Shown one piece after another: positions 24,421 through 37,465 of a DNA stretch of 64,000 nt. A program made the translations under genes and the position numbers. The notes below the pieces were generated by a model. The model saw nothing but the letters and a program-made list of their open reading frames with translations. It made no database searches and was not told the origin of the DNA. The stretch's first letter is position 1. Every line of letters begins with the position of its first letter. Origin of the DNA: Mobula hypostoma (lineage: Eukaryota); contig NC_086099.1 in NCBI RefSeq assembly GCF_963921235.1, positions 154,814,001 through 154,878,000 on the forward strand, in the 5' to 3' direction.

Positions 24421-27044
24421 TTTATCTGGAAATTATTGCTGATGTAGTTAAAATAATAAGAGTTGAGTGGTCATCAAATGAAATTTAGTACTGAGTTGAA
24501 TAAGGGGACATTGAGTCAAATATTCCTGGCTATGAAGATGCATCTGCTCTCAGTCCAGGACTAATTAAGTGATGGATGCTGTCAGTGGTGTTCACATTGT
24601 ATTCAACAGCTCCAACACACAGGAGTCTCATCCTCATCCAGCAGTAGTTCAAAACTGGTAAAATTAGTAAGCTAAGTTAATACTATTAATCATTTTGCTT
24701 TAGCTTGTTTTAACAATTGTAATAGCAAACAAAACAAAAGATCTTGATAATCAGCTTAGGTCACAGGCTGTGGCTAGTGACAAAGTCGACAGGCTTTGTC
24801 GTGGTCAACAGATTTGATGGCAGAGTTGGAGGAAAATCGCTTCACTTTTCCCAATAATTAGCTGGAGGAAGTTTCTGCTTACTCAGTACTAGATGTTGAA
24901 TAAGTAACGTGGGCATCTTATTGGGAGTGGTTGGATGAGAGAGGCAGTGTGGAACTGGTTATCGTTAGTGTACATGTGGAACCTGACAATATAATCTTAG
25001 AAGCTGTGGTTCCATAATTAAATAGGAAACCCAGAGGTTCAACACACTTGCATATGATATTTTAATGCAGGTACGCTATTAAAATTTTACTTGAGGGTAA
25101 GGGGTTGAATGTGTGGTGTAAAGCTGGATGCTCTGATCACAGCTCCCGTTTTAAGAAAGGCAGATTTGAAGATCTGACAGCAGAGCTCAGAGATGGTAGC
25201 AATAAAAGAAATACTTCGATGACTTCATGATGGTGGGAGTCTGCATGGTGCTTCAAATGTTGCAGGCAGCTGCAGAGATAGGAGAGAATCTGGCTGGCAG
25301 GTCTATTGCATGAAGTGAGATTGAATGGCCTGGGTTTCTATTACTTGGAGTTTAGAAGAATAAGATGTGGTCTCATTGTAGCCTCTAAAATTCTTTGCAT
25401 GCTCCTCAATGTAAGTATGAAGACTAACTGGAGAAACACGGGAAACTAAGTTGAGAAACGTGGGTTACAATCTCAAATTATGTGGACTAAATCGAAACGG
25501 TACTTCTTCACTCTAGGTGCAGTGAATCTTCAAAATTCTCCAACCCAGACAGTTGCTGACACTTAGTCATGAATTATATTCAAAACTGAGATCAAGAAAT
25601 TTTGGGGCACTAGAGGAATCAAGGAAATGAGGACAGAATGCTGAGGTGAAAGATCTATCTTATTCATGTTAAATTGTGGAACGCGGTCAAAGCCTTCTCT
25701 TGGTCTACTTCATTATGTTCTAATATTACCCGGTTCTTTATTCAAGTATTTCCATTTATTTACATATGCTTAACTGTCTGCTTACTTCCTATTGAATTAA
25801 AGAAAGAATGTAAATTTTTTAGGGACTTCACACAAATCGAAATTAAATCTCTTAGTTTTATTCCACTTGGATCACAATGAAATGTGTAAGTAGGTATTAT
25901 TTAACTAGGAACAATATCTTTTGCGTGGTTTATTATGGCCCAGTGGAATAAAATGAATATACTGAATGTCTATTGATTGAATGCTTTAAAAAAACAGAAG
26001 CTTGGATAAGTTCAAGCAGAATGCATACTTTGATTAAACATAAAGAGTTCTGGTGAATCACAAGACAGGTATTTCATGCTGGGTGATACACTCATATGGC
26101 ATTCACACAATTAGCATAACAATTGAGTTTGTGTTATTTTTGAGAATAAGGACAGCAAGTTCTCATATTTATAAGTACAGATATTGAATGAACAATGCAA
26201 TAAAATTTAATTCAAATTTATCATAGCGATTGTGTCAAAGAAAAGGGGCACAATATTCATTTTCACAAGATGGCAATGGAAGAAGGAAATTTATTTTTAT
26301 AAAGAAACTGCCAGTAAATTATAGCATAAATTAACATTTCCAACATTGATATTGAGCCTCAAGGTACTACTTTTAGGATAAAAGAAGTTGTATAGATGGT
26401 GGGGACTGAGGAAATTAAAGGAACTGGTGGAAATTACAAATCTGTTTTTGTATGGATTCCCTTGAAAAACTTCATTTCATTTATAGGAGCTCTGTGCTTT
26501 TGGAATAAATATCTGTTTCTCACAGGCTCTACACAAAACCTTTTTTTTATTTTCCTGCAAGAGTGCTTTATAAATTGGTTACAACTAGTTTAGATTCACA
26601 AAGGATTCAAAGTACATTTATTATCAAAGTATGTATAAATTATACAACCTTGATATTCATCAACTTACATGCAGCCACAAAGCAAGAAACTCGAAAGAAC
26701 CCAATTTTTTTAAAAAAACAACACCCAATCTGCAGAGAAAGAGAAAAAAAAACCCATAAATCCTGCAAACGGTAAAAGCAAGCAATGACATTCAGATCTG
26801 AATTGAGTCCATAGACCTGAATCCCAGAGAAACTGGAGTAGGTTGCTTTTCTTCACTCAAACAACAATATAGATTTTTTAATGTATTTACCAGGAATTGT
26901 TGGAACTTAAATTTTAAATAAAAATGCAGGTTTACAACATGGAGCTGATTTGAGTAAAGGAACATAAACTAAAGAGGAAGTTTTGTCTCTAGAACCATAA
27001 GGCTCCATCCCCAATTAAACTACAGGAGAATTTTTTTTCAAGAA

Positions 27045-27345
27045 TTCATAAGACCATAAAACCATAAGACATTGAATTAGGCCAATCAGCCTATCAAATC
27101 GGCTCCACCATTCCACCATGGCTGATTTAACACCCCTCTCAACCCACTCTCCGACCTTCTCCCTGTAACCTTTGGCACCCTTTCTACTCAAAAACCTATC
27201 AACCTCCATCTTAAAACAGCCATCTGTGGCAATGAATTCCACAGATTCACAACTCTGTTCGAAAGGGCCATCCTTGTATTCTGAGGTTGTGCCCTCTGGT
27301 CCCAGTCTTGAGACAGCTTACCAATGTCCCAGCCTTAGTTCCTTT
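27045..27345 (-). mobile_element. CR1 3' end
   Basis: CATAAGAC-type tandem tail and GAATTAGGCCA...CTCCACCATTCCACCATGGCTGA. Confidence 0.8.
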
Positions 27346-27939
27346 CATAACTGTTCCAGTACAGTTAAAAAAAAGAGTCTAGATCCAAACTTAACTTACT
27401 ATGACACAGAAGAAATGATGCCAAAAATTCGTTACCATTCCCCTAAAAGAATAGGGAGGGACCTTGGTTAAATTCTTCAGCTCACTTGGTGCAGCACCTG
27501 AGCTAACATGAATCTCTAGCCTCAAAACCAAACATTTTTCAAAGGTGGGGGTGTTACCATGACTAACATCCTAAACACCACAAAGCGGGAGAGATGAAAA
27601 CAAATGTGTACAGGCCCATACAAAAGTCGCAAGGCAATCAGTAAACGAAGGTCTGATCTGATTGGCAATTTTAGTGATTCATCTTTACAGGTGAGAAATG
27701 TAAAAATCATTTCTGGAGCAGGGGAAACAAACATAAAGAGCAGACAAGTACAAAAACATTAAACAAAGATTATTTGCTCCATTGAGTCCTTGCTGGTTCT
27801 TGTCAGAACAATTCCATCGGTCCCATTTCCCTTAGCCCTGCATCTTGGTTCCTTCTCATTTTTCCATCATATCCCTTTGATTCTCTGGCCATTTACCAAT
27901 AGAAAGAGGTAATTTATAGTCACAGTTAAAATATTAGTG

Positions 27940-28165
27940 TATTACCCACCCACTTGGCTTCACCTATCACCATCTAGCTACCTCTTTCCCCTCCCCCTAC
28001 CTTTTTATTCTAGTGTCTTTCCCCTTCCTTGCCGGTCCTGAGGAAGGATCTCAGCCTGAAATGCCAACTGTTTGTTCATTTTCAATGGATGCTGCCTGGC
28101 CTGCTGAGTTTCTCCAGCAGTGTGTGTTGCTCTGGATTTCCAGCATCTGCAGAAGTTCTCGTGTT
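27940..28165 (+). mobile_element. Penelope-like pLTR 3' end with degenerate hammerhead (28034-28069)
   Basis: GGTC-CTGAGGA-AGG..CCT-GAAA-TGCC followed by GATGCTGCCTGGCCTGCTGAG, the same family as 7591. Confidence 0.8.
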
Positions 28166-28949
28166 GAACTACTTATAAGTTTTGGGGAAGTGGGAGAAAA
28201 TTGGAGCACCCAGATGAATGGCACTCCGCCATGGGAAGAGCATGCAAACTCCACCCAGACATCAGAGTCAAACCTGGATCCTTGGAGACTACAACCCCGT
28301 CTGGTTCACCACTGAGCTACCTAACTTACATCCCTAGCGATCTATTCTCAATCATCAGAAAAAACCATTATTACAAAGTACATTGATGTTATTCCCTCAG
28401 AGTTATCCGACAGCACCTCCCACTGAGGAAAAGGCCAGCACCTGCAAGAGCATCATATCCGCAGGTTCCTCTTTTAGCCACGCCCCATCCCTACTATAAT
28501 ATACAGCACAAATCCCATGTCATGGAGGTCTAAACCATGTAACTTGCTGCAAGAACATGGAAGATACATAATGAAAAATAAATAACTAAATATTAAAAAT
28601 ATCAAAAGGAACTGGGGGGTGGTATATACTGTATAATATTCCTAAAGATAGTCAATTTCTGAAGGGTTTGAAATCAACAGCAGAAAAATCATTGCTGAAT
28701 TTGCCAAAAACATTAGTGGTGACCACACAGTGTATTGTGAAACTGTCTGGTCATGATAAGAAAGGGCTGGAATAATCCATGAGCTTTTATGAGGACAACA
28801 TCAGAATGGAGTAGCTTTTGTGATCAGGCTGGATCTCTGTTCTAGAGAAAGAAAGCTATGTGTTGAGCAAACTAAGTTGCTTCAACTTCGATAGGTTGAA
28901 TATAGAGAAGGTATTTCTACTTCATTGGGAACTACAGTCCATAAATATA

Positions 28950-29457
28950 ACACAATGGCCACTTTATTAGGAATAGGAGAGGATCCCAGTGTGGATTTAT
29001 AGTACTGTAGTCCATGCACTTCAGGATTTGTACGTTCAGAGATGCTCATACCACTGTTTTAATGGGTGGTTATTTGAGTTACTGTTGCCTTCCTGTCAGC
29101 TCGAAAGAGCCTGTTCATTCTTCTCTGACCTCTCTCATTAACAAGAGAATTAAGCCCACAGAACTGCTGAAAACTGGATGTTTTTTTTCCCCCACTTTCA
29201 TAACAATTCTCTGTATTGTGCATGAAAATCCTGAGACATCAGCGGTTTCTGAGATACTCAAACCACTCTGTCTGGCACTAGTATGGTCAAAGTCACTTAG
29301 ATCACATTTCTTCCCTATGCTGATGTTTGGTCAGAAAAACAACTGAACCTCTTGACCATTTCTGCATGCTTTTATGCATTGAGTTGCTGCCACATAATTG
29401 GCTGATTAGATATTTGCAATAACGAGCAAGGGAACCAAATAAAGTGGCCACTGAGTG
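28950..29457. mobile_element. Non-autonomous Tc1-like element
   Basis: TIRs ..TGGCCACTTTATTAGG / CCAAATAAAGTGGCCACTGAGTG|TA. Confidence 0.8.
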
Positions 29458-29541
29458 TAAGTTGGTCACTAATAAATCCAAAGGGGATTCAGCTGAAACT
29501 TCCTATATAAAGATGGTAAGAACACGGAGCTCACTGTCATA

Positions 29542-29700
29542 ATAGAAACATAGAAACATAGAAAATAGGTGCAGGAGTAGGCCATTCGGCCCTTCGAGTC
29601 TGCACCGCCATTTATTATGATCATGGCTGATCCTCCAACTCAGAACCCCGCCCCAGCCTTCCCTCCATACCCCCTGACCCCCCTAGCCACAAGGGCCATA
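29542..29700 (-). mobile_element. Young CR1 3' end
   Basis: (ATAGAAAC)n tail, GGAGTAGGCCATTCGGCCCTTCGAG, CpGs retained. Confidence 0.8.
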
Positions 29701-30787
29701 TGAGTACCTTAAGTGATGAATGTGGACAAATTTAAGGAAAAATACTAACTGAAGCCATAGGGAGAAAGTAATAGAAAGGTTTGTTGTTGGGGTGAATTGA
29801 AGAAGGGTGAGAAGAACAAACACATCTGAGCATTTATATCAACACAAACTTGCACAGACAAATAACTTGTGTCTATTTTGTTGGAATATAATACAAAGGC
29901 TAAAATTTAAAATTATAATGTTAAACTGTAGCTGAAGAGAGGATTAGAGACTTGAAGCACAGCTTGATTAAGTGCTCATTAACAATACTGAAGAGCAGTA
30001 TAATGCAAGTGGCAGCTTGCTTCAGGATCATCTGATTGCTTTCACCGCAAAAGTTTGGAGAAGTTTCAACATATGACGTCCTTGAAAATCAAAATAATTG
30101 GCAATGTGGAAATGTAAAACAAAAACAGAAAATATAAGAGAAACTTAGCAGGTCAGACAGCATTTGCAGAAACAGTAATGTTTCTGGTCAAAGACTTACT
30201 GTAGGTACTTATTTATGTGGTGAAGTAAAGATTTGAGATGACAATGATGATGGAGATGAGGGGGTTTGTTATTGTTTCTTCTCTGATAATTTAAAGTAAA
30301 TTTTTGGCTTTCCTCATGAAATGATGGTCTTTGAAAGGAAACACTGACAGTTTTCCAAGTTCCAGCGGTTGGGTGCTCAAATGATTTGGCATTGTACCTG
30401 TTGTTCACAACTGGGCTATTCATAGAATGTGTTGGCAGATCAACTACTCACTGAAGTAATCACCAACCCAAAGATAGGGAGGTAATCAGGAACAGCCATA
30501 GGAGCGTTTTATTCAGGAAGAAGTTATTTCACAAAGTCAGAGACACAGCTTCAAAAAAGCTGCTTAATTTCACAATTATTTAGTTAGATATTATAGTCCT
30601 TTTATCGATGGAATATGCCCAAGTTCCTTGTAATGGACTTTTTCATTTGGAAACCACTTGCAAAATGATTTAACATTTATTATAAGTCCTGTCTAGCTTT
30701 CTGCAGTTGAAGGGAATCTTTCCCCATTTATTGTTATGTCTCGCTGGCTTTCTGCAATGAAATGGCTGCTTTACTTTTCAAATGACT

Positions 30788-30882
30788 TTAACTTTCTTCC
30801 AAGTTCATATTCCTGTTAAATTTTATTGATGAATGAATGACTTTCCAGGTTTGCCTTCCTTTCTTTGCATGCACCAGATTTG
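30788..30882 (-). CDS. Candidate terminal exon of an unidentified transcript
   Basis: Strong acceptor tctcttttttattctccttctttcag; phase-1 reading ANLVHAKKGRQTWKVIHSSIKFNRNMNLEES*. Confidence 0.25.
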
Positions 30883-31849
30883 CTGAAAGAAGGAGAATAA
30901 AAAAGAGATTAAAAGTTGTCTCTGGGGAATCTCTTTCAAGCATCTGAAAGGTTCTTTGGTGAAATTAGAGACATGGTGTACAGAGAAAGAAAATCGGATG
31001 CCATAGACATTACATTTAAAGTAGGCAAAGCAGCCTCATCAGTCTAAGATGCTATCCTTTGATATACAAGAGTTTTGCAACAGAAATCTAGCCCTCAGAA
31101 TGAATGCCTGTCAATGCCCTACAGTGCCATGTCCACTGTCATGAAAGAGACCACAGCACCAAAATCTATACAACTGGGTCAGTTCGGATGAAGCTAGTAA
31201 TTTGTGCAACATTGCCCAAAGCCCACTAGGACCTCCACTCACTGGCAGAGGGATGGCATATCCCAAACAACATAGCTATTCATTCATTTTGAGGCTTCCA
31301 AATTTTGAGTTGGAGTCTCCAACTCCTCTCTTGAGGAGCAGCAAAAGCAAAAGTTCTTTGAATTTCACCGGACTGGTAGCTTTCCTGTAGCTGAGCAGAT
31401 CATCTTTAGCCATTGGTGGATCTCTCTCATTGATTCATGTCAGGAGGACCCTCTGTGATATGCTTATGTGGATCCTGAATGTGGGCACAGAGCAGCCGTG
31501 AACGATTCATTATGCTTTGTCCATTATCATTCAGGCTTAGAGTATATGTGAGGTAGAATATGCTTGGCAATAGGGAGGAATTTAAGAGCCAAGGTTTACC
31601 CCTTTAAGCCATGACTAAATATGTAACCAATACCTCAGTGCACAAAAGCCTAGAACATGCAAACCTGGTCATGCACCAAGTCGTAGAGAGGATAATAGGA
31701 ATACTGAAGCCATTTAGGGACAAATTGCAGCCCTTTGCAATACTTGCCTGCAACTGTTAGAATCATGGTCACAGAGTGATATAGCATAGATGTCCATGCA
31801 ACCATCAAGTGAAAATTAGTCCCATTTTTATTCTCCCCATGTTCTCATC

Positions 31850-32080
31850 AACTCGTGTCTCTGATTCCAGCACACGCTTACAAGGGGCAAGTTAAAATTG
31901 ATTAATTGACCTCACATACCTTTGGGATGCAGAAGGAAACTGCAACACTACGGAGGAAACGCATATGGTCACAGAGAGAATGTGCAAACTCTACATGGAT
32001 AGTGCCTGAAGTCAGGATTGAACTCCATTTTCTTGTACTGTGGGGCTGTGGCTCTACCCAGCTGTACCACCGTGCTGCCA
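31850..32080 (-). mobile_element. Old V-SINE copy
   Basis: Reverse complement of the V-domain (GGAGGAAAC...GGTCACAGAGAGAATGTGCAAACTC). Confidence 0.7.
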
Positions 32081-32213
32081 GTTACTAGAACCATGGAGGA
32101 GGCAATTGTACTGCTTTGCTCCGCAGAAATGACCAGCCCTTGATCCAGTAGATGAGATTCCTATAGAAATGGGCAGCTTAGACAAAGAAAATTTTATGGG
32201 TGCCTTGCCTCAC

Positions 32214-32316
32214 CTATTAAACCAGTCAGTGCCAGGAAGAACAGCTTGAAGCCAGCTGGTGAATGATTCCTTTGGATAATACTGTTGATATCTCCCTTCC
32301 ACCATGAGAGAGAAAT
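32214..32316 (-). CDS. Candidate 103-nt internal exon
   Basis: ctcttttctttcacag|...AATAG|gtgagg; two open frames (ISLSWWKGDINSIIQRNHSPAGFKLFFLALTGLI or FSLMVEGRYQQYYPKESFTSWLQAVLPGTDWFN). Confidence 0.35.
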
Positions 32317-32832
32317 CTGTGAAAGAAAAGAGCTGATATGCTTATTGGTAAAAATTAAAATAGTATTAGCTTGCTTCTTTTTGCTTTATAAACATTTGGT
32401 GCTTACACATTTGTTAATAAAGATTATAAGCAGATGAATGTGCCTAAAGTCTGAAATGGTAGAAACAAAATTGACTAAAATATAAACAAATAATAAATAA
32501 CTGCAGAATTTCAAAGGATTATTTATCTTCCCCCATCAGATGCAAGCCTCTGATATTGATGTACGAATCAAGACGTACTAAGAAATCAATTGTGTTTGGT
32601 TTTGTTAAACTGACTGTGAATTAATGGCCTTCACTTCCACTTTGTTTTGAACTTTAGAAAGAAAGATACGGTATAACAATGCTACTTTACAGCTAGTTTA
32701 GTGTCATCAACCAGGATGAATTCCTTGGCTAATCTGTCATTTAGCAAAACTTTGCAGTTCATTTAGTTTATTTAGTAGGTTGAAGAGAATAGAAGAATAG
32801 AAGCATTTTGCCATGACCACTTACTTACTGAA

Positions 32833-34081
32833 GGCTACGTCCACACTAGACCAGATAATTTTGAAAATGCCGGTTTTGCATAAAAACAATAGGCGTCCAG
32901 ACCAGGCGTTTTTGAAAATACCTCCGTCCACATTAAAACGAGTATTTGAGTGAATCTCCTCCTACTGGGCATGAGCAGGACACGCAGAAAACAAGTGAAG
33001 AGGAAATGGTATACTTGGTGTGCGTTTGTCCAGTTACAGACCAGAAAAACTTAAAAGGTAATTGCCAGATGACGGACAGCTGCTGGCTCTCGCGCAGGAG
33101 GACCTAAAACTAAAAAAACAAATACTGGAGCGTATGGAGGCAACCGACAGGGAGCTCACGGACAATATGACCCGGCTAATGATGAACATTGAAAAACTGA
33201 CCAACTCTATTGCAGAGGGATTTGCAATGATGAGGAATATGATGGCTTTTCACCGCCACAATACCAGCCTCACAGCCACTACAATAGCTACACATACGGA
33301 CACACAGACCCCCGGGAGGCCCCACCAACATCTTCCCCACTCCCACAGAGGGGTCACCCTGGAAACATTTCCTACAGCCATAGTCTCTTCACTGATGAAA
33401 GGGACAACAGCTACAACTAAATGCAATAAGGCTTGTAACTGGGCAAAAGTGAAATTTGCTGTTACCTCATTTGTTTGCCTTTACTTTTGCCATGTCTTTC
33501 TGTGTTATTTTGCTGTATTTAACATGCGTAATAAAACGAGTTACTGGGCAAAAGTGATTTTATTTTTACCTGAGTAAAAGTGAAACTTGTAATTTTCCTT
33601 TTTTGGCCTTAACATTTTCATGTCAATGCCAAACATAAGCTAGTACTTAAAAATGACATTTTGGAAGGAGTGACAATTGCACCTATTGAATGTTTGCACA
33701 AGCAATACATTAATAAAGCACCTTGTTAAATGTATAAAGCATGTCTGCATCAGTGCTATCTTGTATTTCCATACAATGTTACACATCTATTGTCTGCTGT
33801 TGTTGTTGTGGTGTTGGAGGTTGCGTTCAAGAAAACAATGAAATGCTGGGCTGCCGCCACCATCTGCTCTGGCACGTCATGACAGTGTTTTTAAAAAGCT
33901 CCGGTTACCCGGTACACACTACACCACCCAACCGGCGTTTTCAGATTTACACACTCTGGAGAGCGTTTTAGAAAAGGTCCGTTTTCAGGGGAGGAAAATG
34001 CAGTTTCAGTGTGGATGGAGGGTCAAAATGAAGAGAAAAAGCTTCGGTTACGGATTTATCCAGTCTAGTGTGGACGTAGCC
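32833..34081 (+). mobile_element. Non-autonomous Harbinger element (1249 bp) carrying part of the accessory (Myb/SANT-like) gene
   Basis: Perfect 19-bp TIR GGCTACGTCCACACTAGAC / GTCTAGTGTGGACGTAGCC, 3-bp flanks GAA/TGA; ORF 33062-33577 coiled coil QLLALAQEDLKLKKQILERM...IEKLTNSIAEGF. Confidence 0.82.
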
Positions 34082-35089
34082 TGAGAATAAATCCATGTTG
34101 TGTAAGGAACAATCAACTTTTCCTGATCGGATTCTTAAATGGACATTGAAGCTTTGGAAACTACCTCACTTTTTTTAATATACAGTACTTTTGTTTTTGC
34201 ACATTCTTTTAAATCTATTCAATGTACATAATTGCTAGATTATGTATTACATTGAACTGCTGCTGCTAAATTAACAAATTTCACCTGCGTCAAGGCTCAT
34301 GCTCGGTGCTGCATTACACTGTTTAATTCAGGTGAGTGTAGCTAGAATGCAGAAAAGCTGCTGGCCCACGAACTGTCTACCCAGGAGATGCTACCCAAAT
34401 GTAAGCCTCATTACTCTGGCTCTCTGTATTCAGAAGTGTCTTATGGAACGACCCTCCTGATCACCAGCCAGAATCCCATTTCCATTCCTAGAACCATTTC
34501 AGACTGCAGGACCCTGATCACCTCCAGAACCCATGCAATTAGGGACAGCTTCCTTAAACCCCAAGAGCGTGAAACAGTTTGTGTATATTATGCAGAGCAG
34601 CCGATCACCCATGTATTAAATGTTCACTGCATCTGGGAAACAGCACCACTTGGTAGAGACAATAGACCATCTACCTGGGTAGCCAGCACTCTGCTGCCCC
34701 ACAGATCAGACAACTACATGATTGACTTCCTCCAGGGACACCAATCCTCCCCAAGGTCATTTGTTTGTCCTCTCTCCTCCTGAAACCCAAACCATAAACG
34801 ACTGCATCATCAAAGTGTTGCGCCATGATTTAATTCGACCATCCCAGTCCCCAGCTGATGTAGGATTCTTTTTTGTCAAAAAGAAAAGTGGGGGATTTCC
34901 GTCCTTGCATCGATTACCGCGCACTCAATAAAATCACTATTAAGAATCACTATCCTCTTCCATTGACAGAGAGTGCATCCAAGACACTCCACGGGGCCCA
35001 GATCTTCACCAAACTGCATCTACAGAGTGTATACAACCTGATCGGATTCTGCCAGGGGGATGAGTGGAAGACAGCATTCATAACATCCA

Positions 35090-35215
35090 ACAGGAATTCT
35101 GCAGATGCTGGAAATTCAAGCAACACACATCAAAGTTGCTGGTGAACGCAGCAGGCCAGGCAGCATCTATAGGAAGAGGCGCAGTCGACGTTTCAGGCCG
35201 AGACCCTTCGTCAGG
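35090..35215 (-). mobile_element. 126-bp Penelope-derived insertion with 14-bp TSD inside Gypsy RT
   Basis: TSD ATTCATAACATCCA at 35076-35089 and 35216-35229; splits [10 protein letters not shown]|IGHYEY. Confidence 0.92.
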
Positions 35216-35218
35216 ATT
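35183..35218 (-). ncRNA. Minimal hammerhead motif, core intact, stem I truncated
   Basis: AAUC-CUGACGA-AGG..CCU-GAAA-CGUC^GACU; the 5' arm of stem I is cut by the insertion boundary. Confidence 0.65.
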
Positions 35219-37465
35219 CATAACATCCATTGGCCACTATGAATACTTGGTGATGCCTTTTGGACTTTCCAACAGCCCAGCTGTTTTTCAAGCCTTCGCG
35301 AACAATATCCTCTGAGACACGTTACACAGGTATGTGTTTGTCTACCTCAATGACATCCTCATCTTCCCCAAGGAATCTCAAGACCATGTCTATCACGTCC
35401 ATGCTTTTCTTCAGTATCTCCTCACTCACCAAATGTACTGCCAGTTAGAGAAATGCCAGTTCCATGGCACAGTCACTTCCTTCCTGAGTTGTATCCTTTC
35501 ACACCAAGGTATAACCATGGGCCCAGAGAAAGTGTGTGCTGTTGCTGAATGGCACAGACTGTGCTCCCTCAAACATTTACAGTTCTTCTTTGGATTCTCC
35601 AACTTTTACTACTGTTTCATGAGGAACTACAGCCATATCGCCACTCTTCCCTCCTCCCTCATGAAATCACCTACCTCTCAGATAACCTGGTCTTCTGCTG
35701 TGAACCACGCTTTCAAGGGGCTCAAGAGATGCTTTTCCACCCTTCTCTGACGTCGAAAACCCTCTTCACTACTTTTGGTCAGAGGTGAACTTGTCTGATA
35801 TGGGCGCCAGGGTCATCCTCTCCCAGCAAGGACTGGACGGGAAGGTACACCTTCGTGCCTTCTTCTCGCGCAAGGCTAGCTCAACACAGCATTGCTATGG
35901 AGTAGGTGACAGGGGTCTACTCTCCATTAAAGAGGGCTTGGAGGAATGGAAACATTGGCTGATGGGAAACACCAAGCCCTTTCAGATCTGGACTGACCAT
36001 CAGAATCTTATCCATACAACACAACCGCCATCTCAACCCACGTCAGGCTCGTTGGGCCCTCTTCTTCAAACAATTCAGCTTCATCATCTCCACCTTCTAC
36101 CCATCATTCCATCCTTGCAAATCCTTGCCTCAATCATCTGGAACCTTAAGAATCGGATCCGCCAGGCCCTAGAGCACGAGCTTGCTCCACTGACTCACCT
36201 AACAACAGCATGTAGATGCTGGTGGCCCGTGCACTCCAGTGAGCCCATTTCTCTCTCCTCTCTGGGCATCCAGGCACACCATTTTCTGTGGCACCTGTTC
36301 TGTTAGCCCACCATGATTGCAAATGTATGTCAGCTCATCAGTGCCTGACTTCAAATGGCCCAGTCCAATTCCTCCCACCGGTTACCCTCTGTCCTCCTGA
36401 TGCTCCTACTGGTTCCCTGGTACTCGTGGTCCCACATTACCATGGATTTCATCACTTGTCTGCTACTTTCCATTGGGGCCATGGTGATCATGAGAGTGGT
36501 TCACCAGTTCTCCAAGGCAGCCCACTTCATTTCTCTCCCCAGACTTCAGTCAGACACTGAGCTGATTGACCTAGTTCTCTAACATGTAGTTCACCTCCAT
36601 TGCTTCCCTCAGGATATTGTGTTGGACCAGGTCTCACAATTCATCTCCCACTTCTAGTGAGCCTTCTGCTCCCTCCCCCATACCTCAGTGAGCTTGTCCT
36701 CTGGCTATCATCCACAGACCAATGGTCAGTCAGAAAGAACCAATCAGCAAGCGGAGAAGTTTTTGCGACGCTTCACTACTTCTAACCCTTCCACATGGAA
36801 GAAATTTCTGCTCTGGATCAAACTGTCCCACAATCTACACACTTTGTCTGCTATAGCTATGTCAACCTTTGAAGTGCTCATGGCTACCAACTCCATTGTT
36901 CCCTGTGGAGGAGCCAACAGTAGAGTCACGTCCATTAGGAATGCTTGGAAGAGGGAAGGAAGGGTCATCCTAGCTGCCAACTGCACCTTCTGCTGCCAGC
37001 AGTGCCCAGCCAGACCACTATAGCCTAGGGACTTTGTCTAGCTGTCCACCTGAGATCTGCCCTGAGCATAGTTCATTGGTCCCTTCAAGACTACCCATCA
37101 TATCAATCCAGCCACTTACCATCTCCAGCTGCCACTGTCCCTCAGAACCGCACCTATCTTCCACGTTCCTGCCTCAAGCCTAATATCCAGGGACCACTCA
37201 ACCCCACTGAGCCTGCACCTCATGAACCTAGGATGGTGGAAGATTGTACAGTGTACACCATTCGTCAGATGATGGATTCACGTTGATGTGGACGAAGTGT
37301 GAAATTCCTGGTTGACTGGGAAGGATGCGGAACAGAGGAGGGAGAGATCTTGGGTGCCATCTAGTCACATCTCTGATCATCGAGGAGTTCCACTGGACCC
37401 ATCCGGACCATCCTAGGTCAATGGACACCAGCAGTACGTGGGGGGGGGGTGTGGCGGGGGGTTCC

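Noticed and set aside
27399-27441. 43-nt minus-strand segment between ag and gtaagt
   Set aside because: Weak exon-side donor context and no supporting peptide; such pairs are expected by chance.
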